This document shows, piece by piece, positions 52,132-62,674 of a DNA stretch of 64,000 bases. The notes under the pieces were generated by a model. It had not been told where the DNA came from. It made no database searches and saw nothing but the letters and a program-made list of their open reading frames with translations. Within the stretch, counting starts at the first letter, position 1; every line of letters begins with the position of its first letter. The stretch covers positions 5,216,001 to 5,280,000 of the forward strand of contig OZ244042.1 in NCBI GenBank assembly GCA_965215015.1, given 5' to 3'. The stretch is from Candidatus Poribacteria bacterium (GTDB taxonomy: Bacteria; Poribacteria; WGA-4E; PCPOR2b). A program made the position numbers and the translations under genes.

Positions 52132-52590
52132 CTACTCGATTTCGATGACCAATTCGACTTCGACGGGGATGCTGCCGGGTAATTGTACCATCCCGACTGC
52201 TGATCGTGCGTGCCTGCCGTTATCGCCGAACACTTCCACCAATAGATCCGATACGCCGTTGACCACAGATGGCTGCTCGGTGAAGGTCGGGGCAGAATTG
52301 ACGAAGCCGACGACTTTCACGATGCGTTTGACCCGATCTAGGTCGCCGAGGGCATTTTTGAGCGTGGCGAGGAGGCATAAGCCAACCTGCCGTGCGGATT
52401 GATAGCCTTGCTCGGCTGTTAAATCTGTTCCTACCTGACCTTTGTAAAGGGGCCCTTCGCCACTGCCGGGTCCGTGACCTGATGTGAATATCAGGTTTCC
52501 TGTCTGTACCGTCGTCACATAATTCCCTACCGGTGTTGCTGCTGCTGGCAGCTCAATTCCGAGTTCTTCCAGTCGTTTCTCTATTTGCAT
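52132..52590 (-). CDS. RidA (YjgF/YER057c/UK114) family protein
   Basis: LGIELP..PVGNY, TSGHGP, GFVNSAP.F, NGVSDL..VFG..GRHARSAVG..LP..VEVE. Promoter TTGACT-N17-TATACT at 52668-52640. Confidence 0.93.
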   Translation of the reverse strand: MQIEKRLEELGIELPAAATPVGNYVTTVQTGNLIFTSGHGPGSGEGPLYKGQVGTDLTAEQGYQSARQVGLCLLATLKNALGDLDRVKRIVKVVGFVNSAPTFTEQPSVVNGVSDLLVEVFGDNGRHARSAVGMVQLPGSIPVEVELVIEIE

Positions 52591-52758
52591 AACGGATGTT
52601 TCCTCCTAGGAAATAGGTTAGATTTAATGCTGATAATGCAGTATAGCATAGTCTGGTTGGACAGTCAATGAAACAATTTCTTTTCTCTTGTCCATTGTGG
52701 GGTTGTGTGCTAAAATGCGTGAAACGTAAAGCGTAATTGATGCATTGGAGTGGTGAAC

Positions 52759-53617
52759 AGTTGTCTGAACCAGGATACGCAGGATTCAAGGATTCACAGG
52801 ATAGAAACCGTGAAATGTGATGCGTAAAATTTCGCAGGTTAGGAAACCTGTCCCCACGAGTGGGGTGTCCCCAAGATGCTAATTGCTCAACTGCGTAAGT
52901 CCTAATTGAGGGAAACTAATGTCCCACTTGGTGCCTTTTGACAATTCATTGTATTGATGGACAGTTGTCTGAATCAGGATACTCAGGATTTAAGGATTCA
53001 CAGGATAGAAACCGTGAAATGTGATGCGTAAAATTTCGCAGGTTAGGAAACCTGTCCTCAAGAGTGGGGTGTCCCCAAGGTGCTAATTCCTCAACTGCGT
53101 AAATCCTAATTGAGGGAAACTAATGTCCCATTTGGTGACTTTTGATAATTCATTGGAGGGGTGGACAGTTGTCTGAATCAGGATACTCAGAATTCAAGGA
53201 TTGACAGGATAGAAACCGTGAAATGTGATGCGTAAAATTTCGCAGTTTAGGAAACCTGTCCCCAAGGTGGTAATTTCTCAAGTGGGTAAGTCTTAATTGA
53301 GTGAAACGAATGTCGCGCTTGGTGTCTTTTGACAATTCATTGGATGGATAGTTGTCTGAATCAGGATACTCAGGATTCAAGGATTGGCAGGATAGAAACC
53401 GTGAAATGTGATGCGTAAAATTTCGCAGTTTAGGAAACCTGTCCCCAAGAGTGGGGGGCCACCAAGATGCTGATTGCTCAACTGCGTAAGTCCTAATTGA
53501 TGGAAACTAATGTCGCCCTGGGTGTCTTTTGACAATTCATTGGATGGATAGTTGTCTGAATCAAGATACGCAGGATTCAAGGATTCACAGGATAGGAAAT
53601 GTGAGACGTGATGCGTA
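52759..53617 (+). repeat. Tandem array of ~204-bp units (4 complete + 1 partial)
   Basis: Units start with agttgtctgaa at 52759, 52963, 53167, 53350 and 53550 (periods 204, 204, 183, 200). Confidence 0.97.
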
Positions 53618-53995
53618 GACGGTCAGAAGTCTCCCCTAACCCCCCGCAAGCGGAGGGGGGGTGCAAGTGGGGGGAAAGAACTGTGTGGGTATCAGACCGT
53701 TCTAGGTTCAATGAGCCAGGAACTGACGGATAACCCACCGGGTATTTAGGAGGGGGATGGCACGCGGAGCGTGCCGAATACTTTGGGATGAACTGTCGCC
53801 GCCCGCTTCCTCGGGCGTTGAGCAGCACCTTCACCGGCGATGAATCGCCGAGGATACTATGACTAGAGTGCAATAGTCATGGTTCAACCACGATGAACAT
53901 TACGCGCCTTTTGCTGGTGTTGGCTTTGAGGGTTCAACTGGGTAAGTCCTAACCCTTGGTTAATTAGTACGTTGGTTCGCTATGGATGGGGATTT

Positions 53996-54691
53996 ATGGA
54001 AAAATCAGATATTAAAGCGTTGACGTTTGATTTATTCGGTACGATTTTGGATCTTGGGGGGAGTCTGATGCCTTACATCGGGGAGTTTCTGAGGGCGAAG
54101 GGTATGGATGTGTCGCCGGATCGGTTTTGGGATCAGTGGCGGGCCCGGCAACGGATCGAGCAGTATCAGGATACGCTCGTAATGCTAGGGCATAGTGGGT
54201 ATCTGGAGACGGTGCGCCGGGCGTTCGTTTATGTGCTCAATCTGAATGGGGTTCAGACTTCGAGCGATGAGGTGAAGGATTTCATGCGGGCTTGGGATGA
54301 GCTCTCTCCGTTTCCTGAAGTGCTTCCTGCGTTGGAGCGTCTTCAATCTCATTATCAGTTGGTGATTTTGTCGAACGGGGATCCGCACTTTCTCGATCAT
54401 CTTGCGAAGAATCGTGTTCGGTGGAATTTTGATGACATCATCTCGGTGACGGATGTTGGTGCGTTCAAGCCGCACCCTGCTGTTTACCGTTACGCTGCTA
54501 TCAGTCGGCTCCGCCTTGAGGTGGGTGAGTGCTTGATGGTCTCGGCGAATTCGTTTGATGTGATGGGAGCAAAGGTCTGCGGTTACAAGGCCGCGTTTGT
54601 CAATCGTTATAAGTTGCCGTATGAGGATTCGCCGTATTTGCCGGATGTGACGGTTGCGGATTTTACAGAGTTGGCGGATGTCCTGTTGTGA
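53996..54691 (+). CDS. Haloacid dehalogenase type II (HAD superfamily)
   Basis: TFDLFGT, LSNG, FKPHPAVY, VSANSFDVMGAK. Confidence 0.92.
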   Translation: MEKSDIKALTFDLFGTILDLGGSLMPYIGEFLRAKGMDVSPDRFWDQWRARQRIEQYQDTLVMLGHSGYLETVRRAFVYVLNLNGVQTSSDEVKDFMRAWDELSPFPEVLPALERLQSHYQLVILSNGDPHFLDHLAKNRVRWNFDDIISVTDVGAFKPHPAVYRYAAISRLRLEVGECLMVSANSFDVMGAKVCGYKAAFVNRYKLPYEDSPYLPDVTVADFTELADVLL

Positions 54692-55191
54692 GTTTTTCTG
54701 AATCACGGATTGGACGGATTAAGAGCCGCCGAACTTTCCTGAGTCAAGGCCCCAGCAGGGCGATAGGTGTATAGATCTCCTTAACACTGTCTTATAGTAT
54801 AGAGAGAATGAAATCCAACACGCAATCAAATTGACGATCAGGAGTTGGGTTTCACTATATATTTTGAGATGTCAATCAGAATTGAACCTTGCAATCTCAA
54901 TGTAATGCTGGGTATTTTTCATAGGTTCCGTTTAACCCAACCTACTAGTTGGTCAATGTTCCAGAATCGGCAAATTAGTTAAGCCCCCCCGCAAGCGGAT
55001 GGGAAAGAACGCAAGGGGGGATTGTCGCCGCAAGTCGAGATATGAATCTCGACCTACGGGAATTTTCTACACACATGTCGCCCCACTGAGACTGAATGAA
55101 CCAAATCACGCATCGCGTTTCACGCATTCTATAAATCTGTCGCCCCACTGGGGCTATATTAAAAACTTGATTTCTAAGGAGGCAATTAAAT

Positions 55192-56820
55192 ATGGCATTT
55201 CCATCACACGGTGTTACCCACCGTCCAACGGTGACGGGTACGCGTGGCATGGTTTCGAGTGCACATCCACTCGCAAGTCTGGCAGGTGCGCGGATATTAC
55301 TTCAGGGCGGCAACGCTTTCGATGCGGCGATTGCGGTTGCGTCGACCCTCAATGTTACGGAACCGTATATGTCGGGCATTGCTGGGTGCGGTTATATGTT
55401 GATTTATCACGCGAAGGAGGACGCGATCCATGTCCTGGACTATATGGGAACTAGTCCATATCAGGCGACGCTTGACGCATATGCGGAGCCGGGGTCAAAT
55501 GAGGTCGGGATCCGGTCGGGTATGATTCCTGCTGCGTGTGGGGGTTGGTTGGCACTCCTCGATCGGTACGGCAGCATGGATTACGCGGATATCTTTGCAC
55601 CTGCGATTGAACATGCGGAGAACGGCTACGCGGTCACGGCGAAGAACGCTGAGTTCATGGCGGGTGCGGCCTCCCGCTTTTCGTCAACAGGGGCAAAGAT
55701 TATCATGTCTCGCGGCCGGACACCACGTCCGGGGGAGGTTTTGGTGCAGAAAGAGCTTGCTCAGACTTTCCGAAAGGTGGTTGAGGGTGGCGCAGAGGTT
55801 TTTTATCGGGGTGAGATTGCGAAGCATATCGCTCAATTCTGCCAAGCGAATGATGGCTTGATTACGGAAAAAGATCTTGAGGATTTTCAGGTGGATTGGC
55901 ATAAGCCAATCTCGACGACCTTCAAGGATTTTGAGATTTTCTGTCCGCCGCCGCCGTGTTCAGGGTTTCAGTATTTGGAGACATTCAATATCTTAGAAAA
56001 CGATCCGCTCAGCGATTTGGGGCATAACTCGGCGCAGTATCTCCATCTGCTGATTGAGGCGATAAAACTTGCTAGTGCGGACCGTGCGGAGTATACCTGT
56101 GCGGAGAATCCGCCCATCACCGGATTGCTCTCTAAGGGTTACGCTGTCGGGCAACGGAAGCGGATTGGATACCGTGCGGGAGTCGGTGGCGGTGAGCGTT
56201 ACACAAAGGATAAGCTGCCGGGCGAGATTCTGCCGGGGAATGCTGCTGAATGGATTAACGAATGCACAACCCATTTCGATGTGGTTGACGGTGAGGGCAA
56301 TGCAGTTGCGGTGACGCAAAGTCTCGGTTCCGGTTTCGGTTCTGGTGTTGCGCTCGGAGGGACTGGGATGTTCCTCAACAACTTTATGAACTGGTTCGAT
56401 CTCTTGCCAGAGAGTCCAAACGCTATCGGACCGCACAAACAGATTGAGATGTGCATGTCTCCGTGCCAAGTTTGGCAGGACGGGAAGCTGTTCGCGGTAA
56501 TTGGTACGCCGGGGAGCCATGGTATTCTACAGACAACGGCGCAGATGGTACTGAACCTAATCGAGCATGGCATGAATATCCAAGCGGCAATTGAGGCACC
56601 GCGTGTGCGGGTTGAAAGTACGGGTACCGGTGTTAGTATGGAGGGACGCATCCCCGTTGAGATTAGGGCTGAACTTGAGGCGCGTGGGCATAAGCCTAAC
56701 GTGATGCCTGACTGGACGGCTGGTGTCGGTGGCGGTCAGGGTATCGCGATTGACCAGGCGGAAGGTTCGCTCATGGGTGGTGCGGATCCGCGGCGTGATG
56801 GGTATTCGATTGGAATCTAA
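55192..56820 (+). CDS. ggt: Gamma-glutamyltransferase family protein
   Basis: GMVSSAHPLAS.AG..IL..GGNAFDAA, TTHFDVVD.EGNAV, GTPGS, GADPRRDG. Confidence 0.93.
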   Translation: MAFPSHGVTHRPTVTGTRGMVSSAHPLASLAGARILLQGGNAFDAAIAVASTLNVTEPYMSGIAGCGYMLIYHAKEDAIHVLDYMGTSPYQATLDAYAEPGSNEVGIRSGMIPAACGGWLALLDRYGSMDYADIFAPAIEHAENGYAVTAKNAEFMAGAASRFSSTGAKIIMSRGRTPRPGEVLVQKELAQTFRKVVEGGAEVFYRGEIAKHIAQFCQANDGLITEKDLEDFQVDWHKPISTTFKDFEIFCPPPPCSGFQYLETFNILENDPLSDLGHNSAQYLHLLIEAIKLASADRAEYTCAENPPITGLLSKGYAVGQRKRIGYRAGVGGGERYTKDKLPGEILPGNAAEWINECTTHFDVVDGEGNAVAVTQSLGSGFGSGVALGGTGMFLNNFMNWFDLLPESPNAIGPHKQIEMCMSPCQVWQDGKLFAVIGTPGSHGILQTTAQMVLNLIEHGMNIQAAIEAPRVRVESTGTGVSMEGRIPVEIRAELEARGHKPNVMPDWTAGVGGGQGIAIDQAEGSLMGGADPRRDGYSIGI

Positions 56821-56939
56821 AAGAATAATGCGTAACGAGTAATGCCTAAGATTTTTTCTTTACACATTACGCATTACATAGTTTCTGCGATTAATTTAAG
56901 TGACTAATGACTGATTCCAAGCTGTAAATGGAGGAGAAT

Positions 56940-58847
56940 GTGAGTACGCTGATTATTGCGGTCTTGAGTTTTTTCGGTTTTATTGTCGCCTATCATACCT
57001 ATGGGCGGTGGTTAGCCAGGAAGATTTTCCGAATCAACCCGGAGGTGCGGGTGCCGAGCCAAGAATTGCGGGATGATGTGGATTATGTTCCCACGAAGAA
57101 GGAGGTTATCTTTGGACATCACTTCACAAGCATCGCGGGCACGGGCCCCATCGTTGGGCCCGCGATTGCCGTTTTTTGGGGGTGGCTGCCTGCTCTACTC
57201 TGGGTTGTCCTCGGTTCAATTTTTATCGGTGCGGTTCACGACTTCGGCGCGTTGGTGGTCTCGCTCCGCAATCGTGGACAGACGGTCGGCGACATTGCGG
57301 GCCGAATGATTACATCACGCGCCAAGTTGCTTTTTTTGATCATCTTATTCATGGCACTGACGGTTGTTTTGGCGATTTTTGGTCTGGTTATTGCTATCAT
57401 CTTTGCGCTTTACCCGGAATCGGTGCTTTCGGTTTGGATAGAGATTCCGCTTGCGGTTGGGATCGGGCTTTGGATCTATCGCAAGGGTGGGAATATCCTA
57501 ATCCCTTCCATTATCGCTCTAGGGATTATGTACATTGCGATGGGTGTAGGTGCTTACCTGCTTCCGATTGACATTTCGGCGTGGTTTGGCATCCCGCTAC
57601 TAGGACAGACATTTGCAAATGCGGTTGTCCTCTGGACACTGGTGCTGTTTGTGTACTGTTTTATTGCGTCCGTGTTGCCTGTTTGGGTGCTCCTCCAGCC
57701 TCGCGATTTTATCAATAGCCATGAGTTAATTGTAGCACTATTTCTGCTGATTGTAGGGCTTGCCATCGCAGGTCTGACGGGAAAAGCGAACCTCTTGGCA
57801 TCTGCACCCGCTATCGCTCCTGACATTCCCCCCGATGCACCGCCGATTTGGCCCTTCCTTTTTATCACCATTGCTTGCGGTGCGATCAGCGGCTTCCACT
57901 GCATGGTAAGTTCCGGCACTTCGAGTAAGCAGGTCGCTTCGGAGAAAGATGCACAATATGTTGGTTATGGTGCGATGTTGCTTGAGGGGGGGCTTGCGGT
58001 GATCGTTATCCTCGCATGTTGTGCAGGGATTGGTATGGGGCTTTTTGAACGGAATGGGACGGGGGCAAGTTACGCATTTCAACCCGTGATTAGCTCTGCG
58101 ACGGGACAGCAGGTTCAGTATCAGGAGGCGTGGCGGCTGCGCTATGCTACAACCCGAACGGTGACCAATCCCGATGGTACAACGCGGACGGTCGGCGGTT
58201 GGGCGGGGCATAGTCTTGCTAAGAAGGTGGGGGCTTTTGTTGATGGCGGCGGAAATTTCCTCGCTAGCGTGGGTATCCCCCTGAAAATGGGTATTGCGAT
58301 CATGGCAGTGCTGGTGGCAAGCTTTGCTGCAACGACGTTGGACACTGCGACCCGGCTCCAACGCTACGTCATCCAAGAACTCGCGCAAACGATGCGGATT
58401 AAACCGTTGACCAATCGATACGTGGCAACCGGCCTCGCTCTGTTCTTGGGAGGCGTCGTTGCACTGATGCCAGGACCCAATGGCCCCGGAAGTGGTGGTT
58501 TGATTCTATGGCCCCTTTTCGGTGCGGTGAATCAGCTGTTAGCGGGTCTGGCTTTTATGGTGACGGTTTTCTATCTGCTACGACGGAATCAACCAATCTG
58601 GGTCGTAGCGATTCCGATGGTGGTGATGTTGGTTATGCCGGCGTGGGCGATGTTCTGGCAGATGTTTAACCCGGACACGGGGTGGTTGTTCACTGGGAAG
58701 TACCTGCTATTTGCGTTTGGTCTTGCCGTTGAGGCGTTGCAGGTGTGGATGATTGTTGAGGGGTTGATTACGTTGAAAACGGCGCGTGGGAACTATCCGG
58801 AGCTTCCGCCGCTACACGCGCCACAGCAGGGGCAGCCAGCGAGTTAG
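56940..58847 (+). CDS. cstA: Carbon starvation protein A (CstA) transporter
   Basis: FGHHFTSIAGTGPIVGP, LLQPRDFINS, ACGAISGFH, GYGAMLLEG, TTLDTATRL. GTG start after GGAGGAG (alternative ATG 56928). Confidence 0.95.
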   Translation: MSTLIIAVLSFFGFIVAYHTYGRWLARKIFRINPEVRVPSQELRDDVDYVPTKKEVIFGHHFTSIAGTGPIVGPAIAVFWGWLPALLWVVLGSIFIGAVHDFGALVVSLRNRGQTVGDIAGRMITSRAKLLFLIILFMALTVVLAIFGLVIAIIFALYPESVLSVWIEIPLAVGIGLWIYRKGGNILIPSIIALGIMYIAMGVGAYLLPIDISAWFGIPLLGQTFANAVVLWTLVLFVYCFIASVLPVWVLLQPRDFINSHELIVALFLLIVGLAIAGLTGKANLLASAPAIAPDIPPDAPPIWPFLFITIACGAISGFHCMVSSGTSSKQVASEKDAQYVGYGAMLLEGGLAVIVILACCAGIGMGLFERNGTGASYAFQPVISSATGQQVQYQEAWRLRYATTRTVTNPDGTTRTVGGWAGHSLAKKVGAFVDGGGNFLASVGIPLKMGIAIMAVLVASFAATTLDTATRLQRYVIQELAQTMRIKPLTNRYVATGLALFLGGVVALMPGPNGPGSGGLILWPLFGAVNQLLAGLAFMVTVFYLLRRNQPIWVVAIPMVVMLVMPAWAMFWQMFNPDTGWLFTGKYLLFAFGLAVEALQVWMIVEGLITLKTARGNYPELPPLHAPQQGQPAS

Positions 58848-59444
58848 AGAGGAAAACGGGAAATAAGTTGTCATCTGTCGCACCTCTGGTGCTTTGGGGC
58901 ACGGCTTAGGCAGTTTGAATCAATCAATTTCCATAATCGACCTCTAGTGTTGAAATAGGAATATATCCTTCTCGGCGGAGTCGGAGCCGAGCAGGGTTGA
59001 TAAATAGGCCGCAACCCAGAATACCCCAAAAAAACATGCAAAATACTCCAACTTTCAACGGGTAGCAACTTAGGTAGGACTTATACCCTTGATTAGTAGG
59101 GTACACCGATCGGTGTGCCCGAGGAACTTCTTGATAGAGTTCTTGCTGGAGTTGCCTGATTCATTGGGCGTTGGCACCGGTGTCCAGCGGCGATGAATCG
59201 CCGAACTACAAGTCGAAGACTCTCGGAGGGGTTGAACGTTTAACTGCGTAACTCCCATTGGGTTATCTTAGTGAACTTATTCATTTTTATTAGTAGGTGT
59301 CGAGTATGGAAACTTGACCTACGGGCTACTTTGCTACTTGCGTTTTTTTTAGATAATCGAAAGCGGTAACGACCTATTCCGTTTCTAAATTTGACTTTAA
59401 CAAACACAAATGCCCTTAAACAAAGGGGGTGGAGGAGGTTTGTG

Positions 59445-60293
59445 ATGCAAGATAAGGGAAATCAATCACTGCGGTTTCTTGTGGTCAAAGCGCATCCACA
59501 CGATTTTACCCACTGCGCTGGCACGTGCGGCATCCACGCTGCCCAAGGTGATTCTATTACAGTCGTCAGCATGACCAACGGGGTAGGCACTCACAATGAG
59601 CGGCTCCACGACGAGCTGCTCAAGCCGGAAGATGAGCAAGATCCTGAGATCCTCAACCAGAGTGCCGATGATTACGCTCAGCTTAAGGAGGAGGAGTTTC
59701 GTAAGGTCTGCGGGCTCTTTGGGGTGACGGATGTCCGTATCCTTGATTTTCCAGATAAGCCGTTTCATAAGACACCGCAGGTGGTGGAGGTGCTGCGACA
59801 GATTATCTATGATGTTCGTCCGCATGTGCTGATTACACAGAGGCCGCACCTGAGTGGCCGGTATGGTATGGCTTCTGCTGCACACAACGATCACGACGAG
59901 ACCGCATTTGCTATTCTGGAGGCGCAGGGGTTGGCGGGAACGCCGGACTACGGCAGCCGGCAGCGGCCTCACACAATCGCGGCAACCTACTATCCCGGTG
60001 TCTATTACATGCCAGACGAGATTGACTTCTATGTGGACATCTCGGACTGGAAGGAGCAGCGGGTTCAGGCAGAAATCCTTTTCAGCAGCCAAGGGCATAC
60101 CGAAACCTTCGCTCAAAAGCGGATTGAGATTCATACGGGTCATGCGGGTTGGTATGCTGGGACAGGATATGCCGAGGGATTTGTCCGTGCTGTCCCGGAG
60201 GTTCTATCGCGGATTCATGTGCCGGCAACTGCCTTGCGGCGGGCTTCGGAGCCGCGTCAGAACCACCTGAAGCGTCTTGCGGGTGAGCTATAA
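59445..60293 (+). CDS. PIG-L/LmbE family deacetylase-like protein
   Basis: AHPHD (for HPDD), MTNG, RPHVLIT, HNDH, YVDIS, SQ, YAEGF. Confidence 0.8.
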   Translation: MQDKGNQSLRFLVVKAHPHDFTHCAGTCGIHAAQGDSITVVSMTNGVGTHNERLHDELLKPEDEQDPEILNQSADDYAQLKEEEFRKVCGLFGVTDVRILDFPDKPFHKTPQVVEVLRQIIYDVRPHVLITQRPHLSGRYGMASAAHNDHDETAFAILEAQGLAGTPDYGSRQRPHTIAATYYPGVYYMPDEIDFYVDISDWKEQRVQAEILFSSQGHTETFAQKRIEIHTGHAGWYAGTGYAEGFVRAVPEVLSRIHVPATALRRASEPRQNHLKRLAGEL

Positions 60294-60326
60294 AATAATG
60301 CGTAAACCGTTTCACGGTACCTGTGA

Positions 60327-60737
60327 TTGCCAGCCACAATAATTGCCCTGCACTGGTTCCCGGATGCCGAACAATTTTCCAACGAACAGATCCAAGGGCT
60401 CACCGAACGTGGTGTGGTCATCGGTGTTGCCCTTGATGCTCGGCTACTCGTACCCGATTGGGTGCATGGCGAATCGTCAACGGAACATGTGAAGCTGACG
60501 ACGGTGGTTGACCCTATCGATCATGTTTGTCAGTTAGCGGGGAATACGCTGCACGCTGCTATAGGCACCGACGCTACATACCACATGCTGTCTGACTTCA
60601 AGACGACAGAGGATTTGCGAAAGCTGGAGCCGATTCGCGCTGATCATGGCTATAGTGATGCGGATAGCGACAACATCTTCCATGCCAACTGGTGCCGCTT
60701 CTTCCGTCGATGGGTGCCTGAATCGCCCACCCGATAA
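60327..60737 (+). pseudogene. Membrane dipeptidase (M19) C-terminal fragment
   Basis: NEQI..L.ERG.VIGV, IDHVCQLAG...AIGTD, GYSDAD..NIFHANW.RF; N-terminal part absent. Confidence 0.65.
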
Positions 60738-61035
60738 CAATCGAAAAGAATGAATATTGTTGACCTCTTTTGTCAAGGTTGATATAGTAATCTTTGGTGT
60801 CGAGTATGGACACTCGAGCTACAGGCTACCTAAGCAGCTTGAGTGGTAATAACGCAAGTTGCCACCTAGATCCACATAGATGTCGTTTGGTTCATTGGTT
60901 CAGAAGTTCAATGAACCCGTAATGAACGCTGATTTTAGATTTATTTGGAGGGGCCGGACTCCTCGTCTTTTCTGTGACTGTGACAATGAGAATCACCGGA
61001 CACGATACGAAAAATATCGAAAGGATGAAACTTAT

Positions 61036-62674
61036 ATGACAGGTAATCAAGCGATTGCTAAAATTCTTAAAGCTGAAGGGCTTGACTGGTTTGCCTGCTT
61101 TCCCAACCATTCATTGATAGATGCGGCTGCCAAAGAGGGACTGAGACCGATTATCTCGCGCCAAGAGCGGGCGGGTGTGAACATGGCTGACGGGTATAGT
61201 CGGATTATGTGTGGGAATCGCATCGGCGTCTTTATGATGCAAGAAGGGCCGGGCGCGGAGAACGCCTTTGGTGGTGTTGCTCAGGCGTATGCCGATTCGG
61301 TGCCAATACTGCTCCTGCCCGGGGGGGCCGCGCCTTGGGAGTGTGGGTATGCACCCCGGCTTCGTTTCGCACCGGAACTACGGTGGGGTTACCAAGTGGA
61401 CAGAATACATCAATCAGGCAGATCGCATCCCTCAGCTGATGCGGATGGCGTTCACTCGGTTGAAACATGGTAGGCCCGGCCCGGTGCTTTTGGAGATCTC
61501 TTCAGATGCTGCGAGTCAGGAAATTCCGGATAGTACCTTTAACTATACACCGGTGCCGGTACGCAAATCTGCAGCAGATCCCGATGATGTTCGTGACCTT
61601 GTGACTACCTTACTCAAAGCGTCATCTCCTGTTATCAGTGCGGGCAGGGGCATACTATACGCCGAAGCGACAGAAGAGTTGGTAGCGTTGGCGGAGTTGA
61701 CGAACATTCCGGTCATGACGACCCTACAGGGTAAGAGCGGCTTCCCTGAAAACCACCCTCTGTCGTTGGGGACAGCTGGGCATACCGGTACGGAGATGGT
61801 GGGGCATTTCCTGAAGAAGGCGGACTTTGTCCTCGGTATTGCGACCACCCTCAGTGGCGGTTACAGTCCACGAATGCCTGGTGGTATCCCTATCGCCCAG
61901 ATTACCAACTCGACCGATGACCTGAACGTGCATTATCGGCTTGCCCATGGTGCTGTCGGCGATGCGCGGTTGGTGCTACAACAGATGATTGAAGAGGTGA
62001 AGCGGCAGATTGGTGAGCAGCCAAGAGCGGATGTCAAAGGTGTGGCGGCCGAAATCCGCAAGGTGAAAGCGGAGTGGATGGCAGCGTGGCACCCGCGGCT
62101 TGAATCGGATGAGGTTCCGATGAACGAGTATCGGGTGCTGAATGAATTGCACAAAGCGGTGGATGTGTCGAACACCATCGCCACGCACGATGCGGGTTAT
62201 CCGCGAGATCGGATGTGCCCGTTTTGGTCCACCAATACCCCAAATACCTATATCGGGTGGGGGAAATCGACACAGTTGGGTTATGGACTGGGGTTGGCGT
62301 TAGGAGCGAAGATGGCTGCACCTGAGAAGTTGGTGATCAATGTAATGGGGGATGCTGCCTTTGGTATGGCTGGCTTGGACATTGAGACAGCGGTGCGATC
62401 TGAGATTCCGATATTGACTGTAGTTTTGAACAACGGTATAATGACTCACTACAACCAGAATATGCCGTATGCCTCGGAGCACTGGGAGAGCGACAAATTG
62501 TCTGGTGATTATGCTAGGGTCGCTGAGAGTTTGGGTGCCTTCGCGGAGACGGTTGAGACACCGGACCAACTGTCCGGTGCGATTGCACGCGCCATCGCTG
62601 CGACGAAGGAGGGACGCCCTGCCTTGCTACAGACGATGACTTGTGGGGAGGAGACGGTCTCTCGCTACCAATGA
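61036..62674 (+). CDS. Thiamine pyrophosphate-requiring enzyme (acetolactate synthase-like), frameshifted at a G7 run (61321-61327)
   Basis: RQERAGVNMADGYSR, GPGAENAFGGVAQAYADS.PIL; downstream frame has GRPGPV and GDAAFGM...LNN. Removing one G restores LLPGGPRLG. Confidence 0.88.

Noticed and set aside
52553-53580. Small repeated minus-strand ORFs (MNPxYPDSDN...)
   Set aside because: By-products of the tandem repeat: TTG starts, no RBS, frames not preserved between units.
52759-53617. CRISPR array
   Set aside because: Units are ~200 bp and similar along their whole length; no unique spacers and no cas genes.
57738-60143. Long antisense ORFs (57738-58388, 59466-60143; similarly 24200-24829 and 32416-33024)
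   Set aside because: Lie opposite well-supported genes; typical antisense shadows.
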